Of a DNA stretch of 64,000 nucleotides, positions 12,484 to 25,325 are shown piece after piece. How positions within the stretch are numbered: position 1 is the first letter of the stretch; every line of letters begins with the position of its first letter. The DNA is from the human T2T-CHM13v2.0 reference genome, Homo sapiens. A program made the position numbers and the translations under genes. The stretch is from NCBI RefSeq assembly GCF_009914755.1, contig NC_060935.1; one strand, given 5' to 3'. The notes beneath the pieces were generated by a model, which searched no databases, had not been told where the DNA came from, and saw nothing but the letters and a program-made list of their open reading frames with translations.

Positions 12484-12780
12484 TCACCTCATCATATGAT
12501 GAGAAAAATAGGAATGTTACACCTGATGCTATTTCAGTGATAGCACCCCAAAAGAGGGCACTTAGGGAAATAACTCCAAGTCAACAGAAATATATAGCAT
12601 ATAATCAGAGTGCTGGAAGGCTTAAGGTTCACTTATTCTGTCAAGATTTCAGGCATTCCTGGTTAAGGGTTTGGTCTCTCTTTTAAGCCACATTGTTGCA
12701 GATCTTTCCAGGGGATTGACACTGCCACTTACAGACTTTGCAGAAAGTGTTCCAATAAACACCATTTGGTATATATAATA
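12484..12780 (+). other. Candidate terminal exon D (stop 12684-12686, AATAAA 12754-12759)
   Basis: Branch-point-like TACTAAT (12460-12466), pyrimidine tract ctctttttcttcta, then CAG; phase 1 matches exon C; poly(A) signal ~70 nt after the stop. Confidence 0.4.
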
Positions 12781-13344
12781 GATAGCCTTTTCTTGTCACT
12801 AAACACCACCTTCAATTACTTCTCTGTTGTCTTTAAAGGCTTGTTTGCCCTCCCTTCCATCACTAATTAAGAGCTTAAGAGTAAAGTAGACAGAAAGAGT
12901 TGTAGGAGATGTTTTCTTTTTTGATAACAACATATTCTTCTTCAATGTCATATTGTTTATTAGAATCTGAAGTTCATGATGGAAGAAAGCTTACAATTAA
13001 CTATGACCCACCTACAATTTACTTAGAAAACATGTTTAACCTATGTTTTCAGAGTCATGCAAAGTGGTTAATGGAGTATATGCATGGATAACCAATGTAG
13101 CAGTGCTTTGAAATTCTTAAAGATGATTGGAAATATAGTAGGGAGAATAAATCAAAGTTTATAATAATACATAATATTTTTATAGAAGCATTAAAATATA
13201 GCAGGTGTACCAGAAAATATATTTGCTATAAGCATATGTCGGAAATTAGACAACAGAAGATGAAAGGGTTTGATTTTCTGAACTGACAATCAGCAAAAAA
13301 AGACTAGGGGAGTTTGAATTCTAATATGTCAGCATGAGAAACTC

Positions 13345-16315
13345 CATAAACCCATTCAGTTTCAGTGGTCTTAATATTTCCCGCTTGCTGGCTCTAAAGA
13401 GCCTGGGCAATCTGGACGAGGAAGATTCCATAGCACAGTGCAACAGCTTTACTAAGAAACAGTCAGACTGCTTCCTTAAACGGGTCCCTGATAGCGTGTC
13501 TTCTGAATAGGTGAGACCTCCCAAAAGGGGTTGCCAGAAACCTCATACAGGAGAGTTGTGGATGGCATCAGATAAGTGTGCCTCTGGCATGAAGTTTCTG
13601 GAGGAAGGAGCAGGCAGCAATCTGCTGTTCCACAGCCTCCACTTGTGATACCCACATGAACAGGGTCTGGAGTGGACCCTCAGCAAACTGCAGCAGACCT
13701 GCAGAAGAGGGGCCTGACTGTTAGAAGAAAAACAAACAGAAAGCAGAAACAACAACATCAACAATAAAGACCCCACAAAAACCCCATCCAAAGGTCAAGT
13801 CAACAGCCTCAAAGATCAAAGGTAGATAAATCCACAAAGATGAGAAAAAAACAATACAAAAACACTAAAAATTCCAAAAGCAAGGATGTCTCTTCTCCTC
13901 CAAATGATTGCTACACTTCTCCAGCAAGGGCTCAGAATGGTACTGAAATTGAGATGGATGAAATGACAGAAGTAGGTTTCAGAAAGTGGGTAATAACGAA
14001 CTTCACTGAGCTTAAGGATTATGTTCTAACCCAACTCAAAAAAGCTAAGAACCATGATAAAAGATTATAGGAGCTGATAACTAGAATAACCAGTTTTGAG
14101 AGAAACCTGAACACCCCAATGGAGCTGAAAAACGCAGCACAAGAACTTCACAATGCAAACACAACTATCAATAGGCGTATCAAACAAGCAAATGAGAAAA
14201 GGCAGGCAGACAAGATTAGAGAAAAAAAGAACAAAAAGGAATGAACAAAACCTCCAAGAACTATGGGACTATGTAAAAAGACTGGATCTACGACTGATTG
14301 GAATACCTGAAAGAGATAAGGAGAATGGAACCAAGTTGTAAAACACACTTCAGGTTATCATCCAGGAGAACTTCTCCAAACTAGCAAGACAGACCAACAT
14401 TCAAGTTCAGGATATCCAGAGAACCCCAATAGGATACTCCATGAGAAGATCTACCCCAAGACATATAATTATCAGATTCTCCAAGGTCAAAATGAAGGAA
14501 AAAATGCTAAGTCAGACAGAAAAGCCAGGTCACCTACAAAGAAAAGCACATCAGACTAACAGCAGACTTCTCAACAGAGACCCTACAAGCCAGAAGAGAT
14601 TGGGGGCCAATATTTAACATACTTAAAAAAAAAGAATTTCCAACCCAGAATTTCCTATCTGGCCAAACTAAGCTTCATAAACAAAGAAGAAATAAAATCC
14701 TTCTTAGGCAAGAAAATGCTGAGGGATTTCATCATCACTAGGCCTGCCTTGTAAGTGCTCCTGAAGGAAGCAGTAAACATGGAAAGGAAAAACCATTACC
14801 AACCAATACAAAAAGACACTGAAGTACACAGACTAATGAGACTATGAAGCAACTACATTAACAAGTCTGAAAAATTAACCAGCTAGCATCATGACAACAA
14901 AATGAAATTCACACATAACAATATTAACACTAAATGTAAATAGGCTAAATGTCCCAATTAAAAGACAAAATGGCAAGCTGGATAAAAAGACAAGACCAGC
15001 CGGGCACAGTGGCTCATACCTGTAATACCAGCACTTTGGGAGGCCGAGGCGGGTGGATCACCAGGTCAGGAGCTTGAAACCAGCCTGGTCAATATGGTGA
15101 AATCCCATCTCTACTAAAAATACAAAAATTAGCCAGGCATGGTGGCATGTGCCTGTAGTCCCAGCTACACTGGAGGCTGAGGCAGGAGAATCACTTGAAC
15201 CCAGGAGGCAGAGATTGCAGTGAGCGAAAATCATGCCACTTCACTCCAGCCTGAGGAACAGAGGGAGACTTCTTCTTAAAAACAAACAAACAAACAAAGG
15301 ACCCATTATTGTGCTGTATTCAAGAGACATATCATATATGCAAAGACACACATAAGCTCAAAATAAAGGGATGGAGGCAACTTTACAAAGCAAATGGAAA
15401 GCAGAAAAAAGCAGGGGTTGAAATCCTATTTTCTGACAAAATAGACTTTAAGCCAACAAAGATCAAAATGACAAAGAAGGGCATTACATAATGGTAAAAG
15501 GATCAATTCAACAAGAAGGGTTCACTATCCTACATATATATTCACCCAATACAGGAACACCAAGATCCGTAAAACAAGTTCTTAAAGACCTAGAAACAGA
15601 CTTAGACTCCCACACAATAATAGTGGGAGATTTTAATATCACACTGTCAGTATTAGACAGATCATTGAGGCAGAAATTTAACAAAGATATTCAGGACTTG
15701 AACTCAGCTCTGGACCATGTGGACCTGATAGATATCTACAGGACTCTCCACCCCAAAACAAGAGAATATACATTTTTCTTGGGGCCACATGGCACTTACT
15801 CCAAAACTGATCACATAATTGGAAGTAAAACACGCCTCAGCAAATGCAGAAGAACTGAAATCGTGTCAGTCTTCTCAGACCACAGCACAATCAAATTAGA
15901 ACTCAAGATGAGAAATCCACTCAAAACCACACAACTACATGGAAATTGAACAACCTGCTCCTGAATGACTTCTGGGTAAATAATGAAATCGAGGCAGAAA
16001 TCAAGACATTCTTTGAAACCAATGAGAACAATGAGACAATGTACCACAATCTCTGGGACGCAGCTAAAGCAGTGTTAAGAGGAGCTTTATAGCACTAAAT
16101 GCCAGCTTCAAAAAGCTAGAAAGGTCTCAAATCAACACTCTAACATCACAACTAAAAAAACTAGAGAACCAAGAACAAACAAACCCCACAGCTAGCAGAA
16201 GACAAGAAATAACCAAGCACAGAGTGGAAATGAAGGAGATAGAGACATGAAAAACCCTTCTAAAAATCAACAAATCTGGGAGATGGTTTTTGGAAAAAAA
16301 TCAATAAAATAGATA
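13345..16315 (+). mobile_element. Older primate L1 (approx. L1PA8-L1PA13): partial 5'UTR, degenerate ORF1, ORF2 endonuclease region; 3' half missing
   Basis: ORF1-like fragments at 13840-14070 and 14153-14341; endonuclease motifs IIVGDFN, SKTDH and SDH in ORF 15491-15949; many stops and frameshifts. Confidence 0.92.
14999..15297 (+). mobile_element. AluS (Sg-like) inserted in the L1 ORF2 5' end
   Basis: Complete dimeric Alu with ctactaaaaatacaaaaattag linker and (caaa)n tail. Confidence 0.95.
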
Positions 16316-16336
16316 TAAAACTATCTATCTATCTGT

Positions 16337-16570
16337 TGTCTTAGTTTATTTTTGTTGCTATAACAAATTGACACATTCTTGGGAATTTATAAAAAATAGA
16401 AATTTATGTATCACAGTTCTGGGTGCTGTGAAATTCAAGATCAAGATGCTAGCAGGTTTGGTATCTGGTGAGAGGCCCGTCTCTGCTTCCAAGATGATTC
16501 CTTTTTGCTACATCCTCCAGGGGGAACAAATGCTGTGCCTTCACAAAATGAAAGGGCAAATGAAGGCTTA
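16337..16570 (-). mobile_element. MaLR LTR fragment (MST/MLT1A-type)
   Basis: tgtcttagt...gctataacaaa...cacagttctgg...tcaagatg...tctggtgagag motifs. Confidence 0.75.
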
Positions 16571-17715
16571 AGCTAGTTTTCAAATTGTAGTAGACATGCC
16601 ACTTTAATTTTTTTTTTTTTTTACAAATTTCAGCTTATTCTATGCTTTTCTAAATCATGCATCTTTTCTCCTCTCTTCACTTAATTATTCTTTCAGCCTT
16701 ATAGCTTATACCACCTCTGTGTTATTTAAACTATTATCTGTAATGTTCACAAGATACTTTCGGAAGAAAATAAAGCTGTCTGGTAATGTATTTCCCACTT
16801 CCTTTGTTAAAAAAAAAAAAAAATCACCCAGAATGTAAATATGTAAATTTGGTAGTTTTACTCTTCCATGCTGTTGGACTTCATCTTCCAGGACACTGAA
16901 AAGTATCATTTGAAAAATTTTGCCAAAAGCTCATTCTGCTCTCAGTCTTTGAGATTATAAAATTTGAATGAGGTTTTTGTGGTCTTAACCACATTAATAA
17001 TCAGTTTCATAATGGAGAGCTTTATTTTGTACTGTCTCTGGGGGAAAAACAATTATTTTTATAAAATAATTAACTTTGTTTTGGGGGAGAAATTAAAGCA
17101 CTTGATGGCTACATGCCACTATTTTACAACACACTGGGGACTAGAGAAGAATGAATTGATGTTCCCCAAAAATCTGTTTTTTCAAATGATCATCGTAACA
17201 TTTCCTATACATACCTTTCTAATTATTTAAAATCATGACACTTTTAAATTTCATTATCCCCAGAAAAAGAAATTCATCCAAATGTCCTCTTAATTATTTA
17301 CTATTATTACATTTTTTAGGCTTTATTTTCTAGTACAATGATAATGTGATGATATGTTAATTAACCACTTTTAAGCTATTCTTTTTATTTTTATTTTTTG
17401 GGAATATAAAAATCATTTCTATTGAAACATTCATGTTTGATAAATATAAACCACCACATGCTAAAGACATTGGAAAATTACATTAAAAGCTATTTAATAT
17501 CAAATAATATTAAATGATCAATTTCTTTCTTTAAAAAAACCTTTAGAAATGTAAAAATCATTAAGAATACTATGGGATGTATACTAAAATCATAATTAAC
17601 TTAGTATCTCAAAATTTTGAAATATACTTAAAAATGTTTTCCTCATTGTTTTCCTTTGACATTACTCATCAAACCACTTGCTGACCCTACAGTGAGAAAT
17701 ACTAAGCAATGATAT

Positions 17716-18136
17716 TGTATTAGGTCATTCTTGCACTGCTCTGAAGAAATACCTGACACTGAGTATTTTATAAGAAAAGAGATTTAATTGGCTCATGGTT
17801 CTGCAGGCTGTACAGGAAGCATAGCTCCATCTGCTTCTGGGGAGGCCTCAAGGCACTTCTGATCATGGCAGAAAGCAAAAGGGGAAAAGGAACCTCACAT
17901 GGGTAGTACAGAAGCAATAGCAAAAGAGTGGGAGGGAAGCTACTACACACTTTTGAACAACCAGATCTCTTATTAACTCAGAGCAAGAGCTCACTTATCA
18001 CCAAGGAGATGACTGAAGCCATTCAAGAGGGATCCACCCCCACGATCCAAACACCTTCTACCAGTCCCCACCTCCAACACTGGTAGTTACATCTCAATAT
18101 GAGATTTAGCCAGGGACAAATATCCAAACTGCATCA
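17716..18136 (-). mobile_element. MSTA/MSTB solo LTR (ERVL-MaLR)
   Basis: TG...CA termini, 421 bp, 5-bp TSD gatat at 17711-17715 and 18137-18141; ggctcatggttctgcaggctgtacaggaagcat motif. Confidence 0.9.
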
Positions 18137-19298
18137 GATATAGAGAAAAGAATCAACTTGTATATACACAAGGCTCAAACACTAGAAGAAAACAGATAGA
18201 ATCAAAACCCAGTCTATATATCAGGTAACTAGGCAGTGACAGCTGGATCAGCATACGTACACACAGATGGCAAATATCAGTGTGAGACTCTGAGGAGCCT
18301 TGGCAATTTGAAGAGAGGTGTTGCCCAAAGGGAATAAGAAAATACAATAGGGCAAATAAGAGAAGCCATTATTTGATTCAGATATCTTCTGTCAGTAATT
18401 CTTTTGAGGATCTGGGCCACTTTAATAAAATTTTGTCAGTGTAAAATATTTGACCTTCTTTACTGGGCCACTTATAAAATTTATTTTGTGGGCTCTGCAG
18501 ACTGGATAAGATTTTTTTGAAAGTTACTGGCCTTTTATCAAGGTTATTTGTGGTGGGTTATAATCTCCTATACTGGAACCTGCTATTTCACTGGTTGTAT
18601 ATGTTCCCAGTCACACATTTTACACAAATAACATTTAAGGGCTTTTAAAGGCAGTGACTCTGACTTTAGCATTAATATGGTTTCCTCCATGAAAATATCT
18701 GTAGAGGAACATTAACAAGTGACATTGTTTTGACAAATGTATTTAATTGAAATTATTAAAGTGCAGTTACATTAATGTCTATTCAGCACTTCCAAAAATA
18801 CATTATGAAAAATAAAAGACCTTAAAAGTCCTTCATTAAATAATATAGAGTCCTTGTAAGATATTATTGATCTCAGATTTGATAAGCTTTGTTCTAGATT
18901 TCAAATGATTTAGGATGAATAACATCTGAATAAATTTAGTGTGATTGCCTCAGTCTAACTTCTAGCATCATGTGTAATTGTGATGCATGCTTGCCTGTGC
19001 GCATGCCTATGAGAATTTTCATTATTCTATGTAATTTATTATAACATGATTTGATTATACAGCAACTAGTTACACAAGTCATTTAATGCCCTTGAAAATC
19101 TGTTTAATGTATACCATTCTGTTTGTAATTTTGTGTAGACTAATCATTGTCTTTAAGTTATATTAACGCTCTAAGCTGGACACCTGTAGTGAACTTGCTA
19201 ACTGATAAAATTCTAAGGTATACATGGAAAGTAGCACTTATTTGTACTTATTTATGAGTAAAACTGATTTTCACTGAAGGAAATATTACTCAAAATAA

Positions 19299-19671
<373 letters not shown>

Positions 19672-19891
19672 TAATTTATGATTATTATTATGCTTCCTGG
19701 CTGACAATATAACTAAGATATGGTTTACAATTTTTCTTTCTTAAAAGGTGTGTTAGAAGAACAGAAAGATGTGTCATATGTAACAGGCACATGATCAAGT
19801 TACCAGAGGTAGTTAGGGTTGAGCAACGAAACAGAAGAAACCATATCAGCAAACACAAAGCTAGGTCTTAAATAGAAAAGTAGGATGAATC

Positions 19892-20437
19892 TGTAGGAGA
19901 GACAACATTTTACCTATATCTTCGAGGTGTTTCGGCTGGATCTGATAATTGAATTGACAAGAGAAAGATGAACAGGAAAAAAGCCTACAAATTTATTTAA
20001 AGTAAATTTTATGTGACATAGCGGTCTTCCTCAAGTAAATGAAGAACCAAAGATGCAGTTAGAGTTGAAAGCTTATCTACTGAATTGGAGAAATAGTAGT
20101 AAACTATGAAAATGTGACAAGGCAAAAGGGATTTGGCTAAGATAATTAATTGGGTATAGATGTGGCAAGAAAGATAAGGCTTAATTTAACAAGGTTTATA
20201 CAGATTTCCCTCAGCCCCAACTTTATGTCCTGGAAGATGAGAATGATACTAGAATGATACTTTCCTTCTGGTAGAAAGAAGACATTTTCATATGGGAATT
20301 TCATCTCCTGCTTTTAAGAAATAGCTCAAAGGTCACAGTGATCTTCTTGTACCTGCTGGTTTTTAAGTACCTTTAACTCAAAATAGTCCATATGCCAGAC
20401 TGGCATATGATGGGGTGGCATATGTTTAATTCTTTCA
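19892..20437 (-). mobile_element. MER34-family solo LTR (ERV1)
   Basis: TG...CA termini; near-TSD gaatc/gattc; terminal ctcaaaatagtccatatgcc...ggggtggcatat motif. Confidence 0.75.
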
Positions 20438-21039
20438 GATTCTTTTCTTTTAATATATAATAGAAAGAAAAGGGGAGTCCATGGTAGTGCCATCCTGTTA
20501 CTCCTAATAAAATTTATCTACTTTCTTTTATTCTAGAGATTTTCATTCTCAGGACTGGCATTCTTAGGATTCTGCTATTCAATCTATTTTAATTTTATCT
20601 TTTATGTTTGATATCTTCTACAATGCTGACCATTCTTTTTAAATAATCTTTATATCTTTGTCTCTTAATTGTAACTCCTAACCCAAGTGAGAAACTTATT
20701 ACCACAATCAATCACCATTCAATACAAAACCTAGTACAGAACTAATGTACAGCACTCACATTTGGAGTCATCTCAAAGATTAGAAACTTTCATTTCTTTT
20801 CTAACCTCTAGATGGATGCCGTTGGTTAGAGTGATCCATAGGCCAATAAGCTGTGGCCAGTGAACCATAGTTATATGATGCAAAATGAGAACAACTTTTC
20901 TTAGGTGTCAACAACTGCAGCCACTTTCTTCAAAAGGAAATTAGGAGTGCAGTAGACACTTAAGAGTCTCTTCAGTCTTTTTCTCTACACAAACAACACT
21001 TACCTATAACTGTTCCTCTCCATACTCACACTCTTTCTT

Positions 21040-21720
21040 GTTTATTCATTCAACAAAATGTATTCAGCGGTGTCTATTTGCCAAGCACTGAGCTGATTGC
21101 TGGAGCTATAGTACTAAAGAGTAATGATCCATTCCTTATCCTTATTAAGCTTACATTCTACCTGGAAGAACTGATAAATATATAACTAATAACATAGTAG
21201 ATTACTGGCTTACAATTATCCTACATTTTATAAAGAAGATATACATAATGTTAGGGTGGTGTATAAAAGAAAGATTATGAGGCATGTGAAAAAAATATTT
21301 TTCTATGGAAGAAATTTTTAAGGAGAGTTCTGAAGAGTGAGTAGGGCTTAGGTAGTAACATTTTTTAACAGAACCAGATAGGAGCAAAAACCCTATATAA
21401 GCAAGAACAGTTGAAAGAAAGAACTGTTGAAATACATATATGAAAGAACAGGTGGAATACCAAAATCATGAAAAATAAAAGAGAGATAATAAAGAGAGAT
21501 ACAGAGTGCACAAAATGTATGTTTGTGTGCTTTGAACAAAGTTAGCATACAAGGAGCTGAGATGAAAGATGCTAGGTAATCAGAAGCCAGAATGCTTGGA
21601 ACCATCTAGATCTTGTTAATGTTAACTTTGGATTTCTTTGAAACCAACAGTAAGCCTTGATACAACGTCAAATAGGGAAGAGACTTGAACACATCTATAC
21701 CTTTTAGAAATCACTATGAG
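21040..21720 (-). mobile_element. L2 fragment (appears to resume ~23750-23880)
   Basis: ttattcattcaacaaaatgtattcagc...ccaagcactgagct...aagcttacattcta. Confidence 0.65.
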
Positions 21721-21829
21721 AAAATTAAGCAGTCATACATTATTATTACTAATAAACAGTTTGTATTCAAACTGTTGTAATATTTTTTCAGAAATGTTAT
21801 TTTTGATTATTATCCAACCCAGGAGCAGA

Positions 21830-23700
21830 CATTGCTCTTACTAGCCATATCTTTATATTATATTTTAATTTGGAACAATTCCTCAGCATTTCTTTCCTTT
21901 TTTGCCAATGATATTTTTGAAAAGCATAGACCAGTTATTTTTTAGAATGTCCTTCAATTTGGGTTTGCTCCATGTTTTCTCATGCTTAGATTTAGGCAAT
22001 CAAATTTGACAAAATTGATGTTTCCTTCTTGGTGTTTTATGTTAGGAGACACATGGTGGTGGGCTCTCTGGGTATTGGATGATGATGACTATTTGGTTAT
22101 TTTGTCTATAAATAATTTTTTCTATAAATAAAAATTTTGTCTATAAATAAAAATTATTTGAAACTTAATATATTCTTTTATATTTGTCCAAAGACTTACC
22201 ATTTAACTCCTTTCTGTAGATCTATCTTTTCATTCTAAGGAATATTGTAATGCTTTCTTTGTAGTGCAGATCTGCTGGTGACTAATTCCCATAGTTTATG
22301 TCAGTTGAAATTATCTTTTTCTTGCTTATGTTTATGAAATATAATAGTACTGGATAGAAAATTCTAGGTTGACAGATCTTTGGATTTATTTTGGCACTTT
22401 AAAGATGCTCTTATGTCATGCTCTGGCCTACATGGTTACTGATGAGTCAGCTCTCATTGTGTCATTATTCCTCTCTACGTATATTGCTTCTCTGGTTGCT
22501 TTCTAGGTATTTCTTTTTAACTATAATATATGTGTGTTGTCTTTTATCCTGCATTTTGTTGTATTTATCTTCTTTAAGATTTGCTGAAATTCTTGAACCC
22601 CTAAGTGTATATGGGGAGGAAGGAAGAGTGTTTAAATGAAATTCGAGAAAACTTCCCAAATTATTTCTTCAAATATTTGTTCCTGACCTAATATTTTTTC
22701 TTTTACTTCAATTACAGCTATGAGTAAGTATAACTACATACAATATCTAGGGGTTTTTTTCTCCCAATTACTGAGACTCTTTACCTTTTCAATACATGTA
22801 TCTGCATTTCATATTGGTAATTTTTATGGAACTGTCTTCAAGTTACCTAGTCCTTTCTTCTGCCATTTCAGATTTTCTGTTAAGCCTAGCTGGCAATCTT
22901 TTAAATTTTAGATATTGTACTTTTTAAATCTGAAACTTTATCATTATGTTTTCAAAATATGAGCTAAGTTTTTGTTTCTATTGAATGATTTTCTTTTGAT
23001 GAGAGGCTACTTTTCTGGTTACTGCAAATAATTGCTATTTTATTTTTTTATCCTGGACAATGCTGTAATACATCCTAGGATGTCTGGAATCTTTCATCTT
23101 TATCTGAAGAATGTTGTTTTTGCTGATGCCATCCTCTTAGTGAGCTGTTGACTTGGCTGGACTCAAACTTTATACTCTGTCTCCCTAGATGTTACTTTCT
23201 ACCAGGCTCCTGGGAGTTTTTCTGTGAATGCACTTTGGGACCATACATGTATTTAGTTGGAGGGTTATCCAAATATCTAGCTGGAGAATATACATAGCTT
23301 ATGATGAGGCTGCCCACTCTGTGGCTCCTTTCTTTTTGCATTCTGTCTCTTTCTGGATTCTCAAGAAGCCCCAAACTCTGTTGTCTGACTACTTGAGCCA
23401 CGGTCCCTGATTGGTATTAGTTGAATTCTAGCACCCCTGTTTGTCCTAGCACCCCACTTGCTCTTTTGACTTGAGTTCTAGCAAAGAACTTGTTTTAGGG
23501 TGTGTTCCAATTTAAAATGTCAATAAACAGATATCTTATTGAGTGCAGGTACTTCTTTCAGTGGTTGGTTGCTTTTGGCTTTTTTCTGTTTTGAAAGTCC
23601 ACCATTTTGAAAGTCATTTTTAATATTTTGTTTGTAGTTTTTGTCATACTTATCTGCAAGTAAGTCTGATGCAAGCTGTTCTACAATTACCTGTAGCAGA
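21830..23700 (-). mobile_element. Ancient L1M (L1MC/L1ME-type) fragments
   Basis: T-rich degenerate L1 motifs (tagaatgtccttcaatttgggtttg; atagaaaattctaggttgacag; ttatttcttcaaatat). Confidence 0.55.
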
Positions 23701-24109
23701 ATTGCAGATTTAAACTTCCAAATAATCCCATCTAACTGTGATGTGGTAGATTTCAAAGGGGACCAGTAGTGAATACTGAAAGATGTTAGGAGACTACTGA
23801 AACAATCAATAAGAGAAGTGTCAGTAGCTTGGGCTAAAATTGTAGAATACATAATAAGAAGTTGACAGAATTCAAATATGTTTATTACATGTTATTGACA
23901 AGATTATTTCCTTCACATACCTAAATGAATTGATTCAGTAAGTATTTGCAGAAATGAAAGGACTAGTCACATTATATAAAGAAAGTCCTAGTTTTTGCAA
24001 AGTTTTAATCTTTGAAGGAAATATCATGTTACCTAAGATCTATAATGGTATAAAATTTTAATATGCAACACTGTGTCCTATGTCACTCTAAAACAGAGAA
24101 AATAGATCA

Positions 24110-24216
24110 TTGCCAACTCAACTTTAAGATGACATTGATTGTAAGTTACATCCCAACTTTAGAGGTATTAAAACCTGTGGGGAGAAAAATGTCTCCTGGA
24201 ATCAAGAAAATCCTGC
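24110..24216. mobile_element. MER104/Kanga-like (TcMar-Tc2) DNA transposon fragment
   Basis: cattgattgtaagttacatcccaactttagagg...ggaatcaagaaaat resembles the recalled terminal motif. Confidence 0.4.
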
Positions 24217-24249
24217 ATTTTACAAAATCTATTCTATAAAGGCTAGTGA

Positions 24250-24790
24250 AGACATTAACTTTTCTTTCTTCCTAACAGAACTTCAGTTTTGTTCCAAAAA
24301 CTTAAATTATGCATCCCTATGACTCAGGAAAAGCTGATTTTTTTCATTTTATGTTAACTATGATGATTTAATCTCTCTTTCCAGGGATTGAGGCTTAATC
24401 TAGTGAATGTAAAACATTTCTCTGGAAACTCCTACTGATTTGGGGAATGGCTTAGACTAAACTGAATCAATCAACTTAAAGGGAGACTAGTTTTTGATTG
24501 GAGGAGGAGTGACACATCAGTTGAATGTGAGCTAGGAATTCTATTGCTCCAGTTGTAGCTAGCTAGCCATTTTGCAACCAGAAGGCAAACTGTTCTGAGG
24601 ATCAAGTAAACACACATAGACAGGCAGAGCACAAAGAATCACAAAGAAATGGAGTCAGTATCCTGACCATACCAATACCTGAAGACCACCAGATTGCTGG
24701 GTTTATTGACAGTATGTTTCTTTATTTGTAAACCAGTTTAATTTAGAATTTCAATTATTGGCATCTGAAAGCACCCTAGCACATATGCTT
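24250..24790 (+). mobile_element. Ancient ERVL LTR (LTR33/LTR16-like)
   Basis: gccattttgcaacc...gaggatcaag...ggcagagca and 3' aaaccagttt...tgaaagcacccta motifs. Confidence 0.45.
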
Positions 24791-25325
24791 TCGAAGTCAA
24801 AACCCAGCACCTCTATGTTCATGAATCACTGGTTTCTGAAATGTTTAACTGATACAGTATCTTTTCTCTTACTTTACCATTTCAGAAATTGAATCTGTCC
24901 TTTGCTTTCCTAGTAACTGTACCCAAACCTCATCCTAAATTTGCTGCTGCCACTCTCCTTCATTCTCCAACTAACTTTCTGTGACTGTAGCTGACTTATT
25001 GTCTTCCTCTGCTTCTCTGCTTATTGTTGACAGTTAACTACTACATTTCCTTGGTCTTGGTCTAGACAATATTGTTCCACTGAAGTTAGTTATTATTTAT
25101 ACACTGACCATATAACATACTAATTATAAAAGAGAAAAAAACAGGTGAAGAATGACAGTGTGTTCTCATAGTTCCTTTTCTTTTTCTAGGGCTAGGTCCA
25201 GCAATTTAATATTCTTTGTGAGAAGAGTGCCTTCAGATAATCTTTTCAGGACCTCAGAAAACATTTATCAATATTAAAACTTCTTTGTCAAAACTCTATT
25301 CCCTTTACTTACTCCACAATAGCAT

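Noticed and set aside
15309-15949. Endonuclease-like ORFs as a functional nuclease
   Set aside because: Fragmented L1 endonuclease, interrupted by an Alu and frameshifts.
20389-20409. Hairpin catatgccag-a-ctggcatatg
   Set aside because: Lies in the MER34-type LTR end, which as I recall already carries this inverted repeat.
22100-22157. Three ~19-bp tctataaataa units
   Set aside because: Ordinary slippage repeat with no sign of function.
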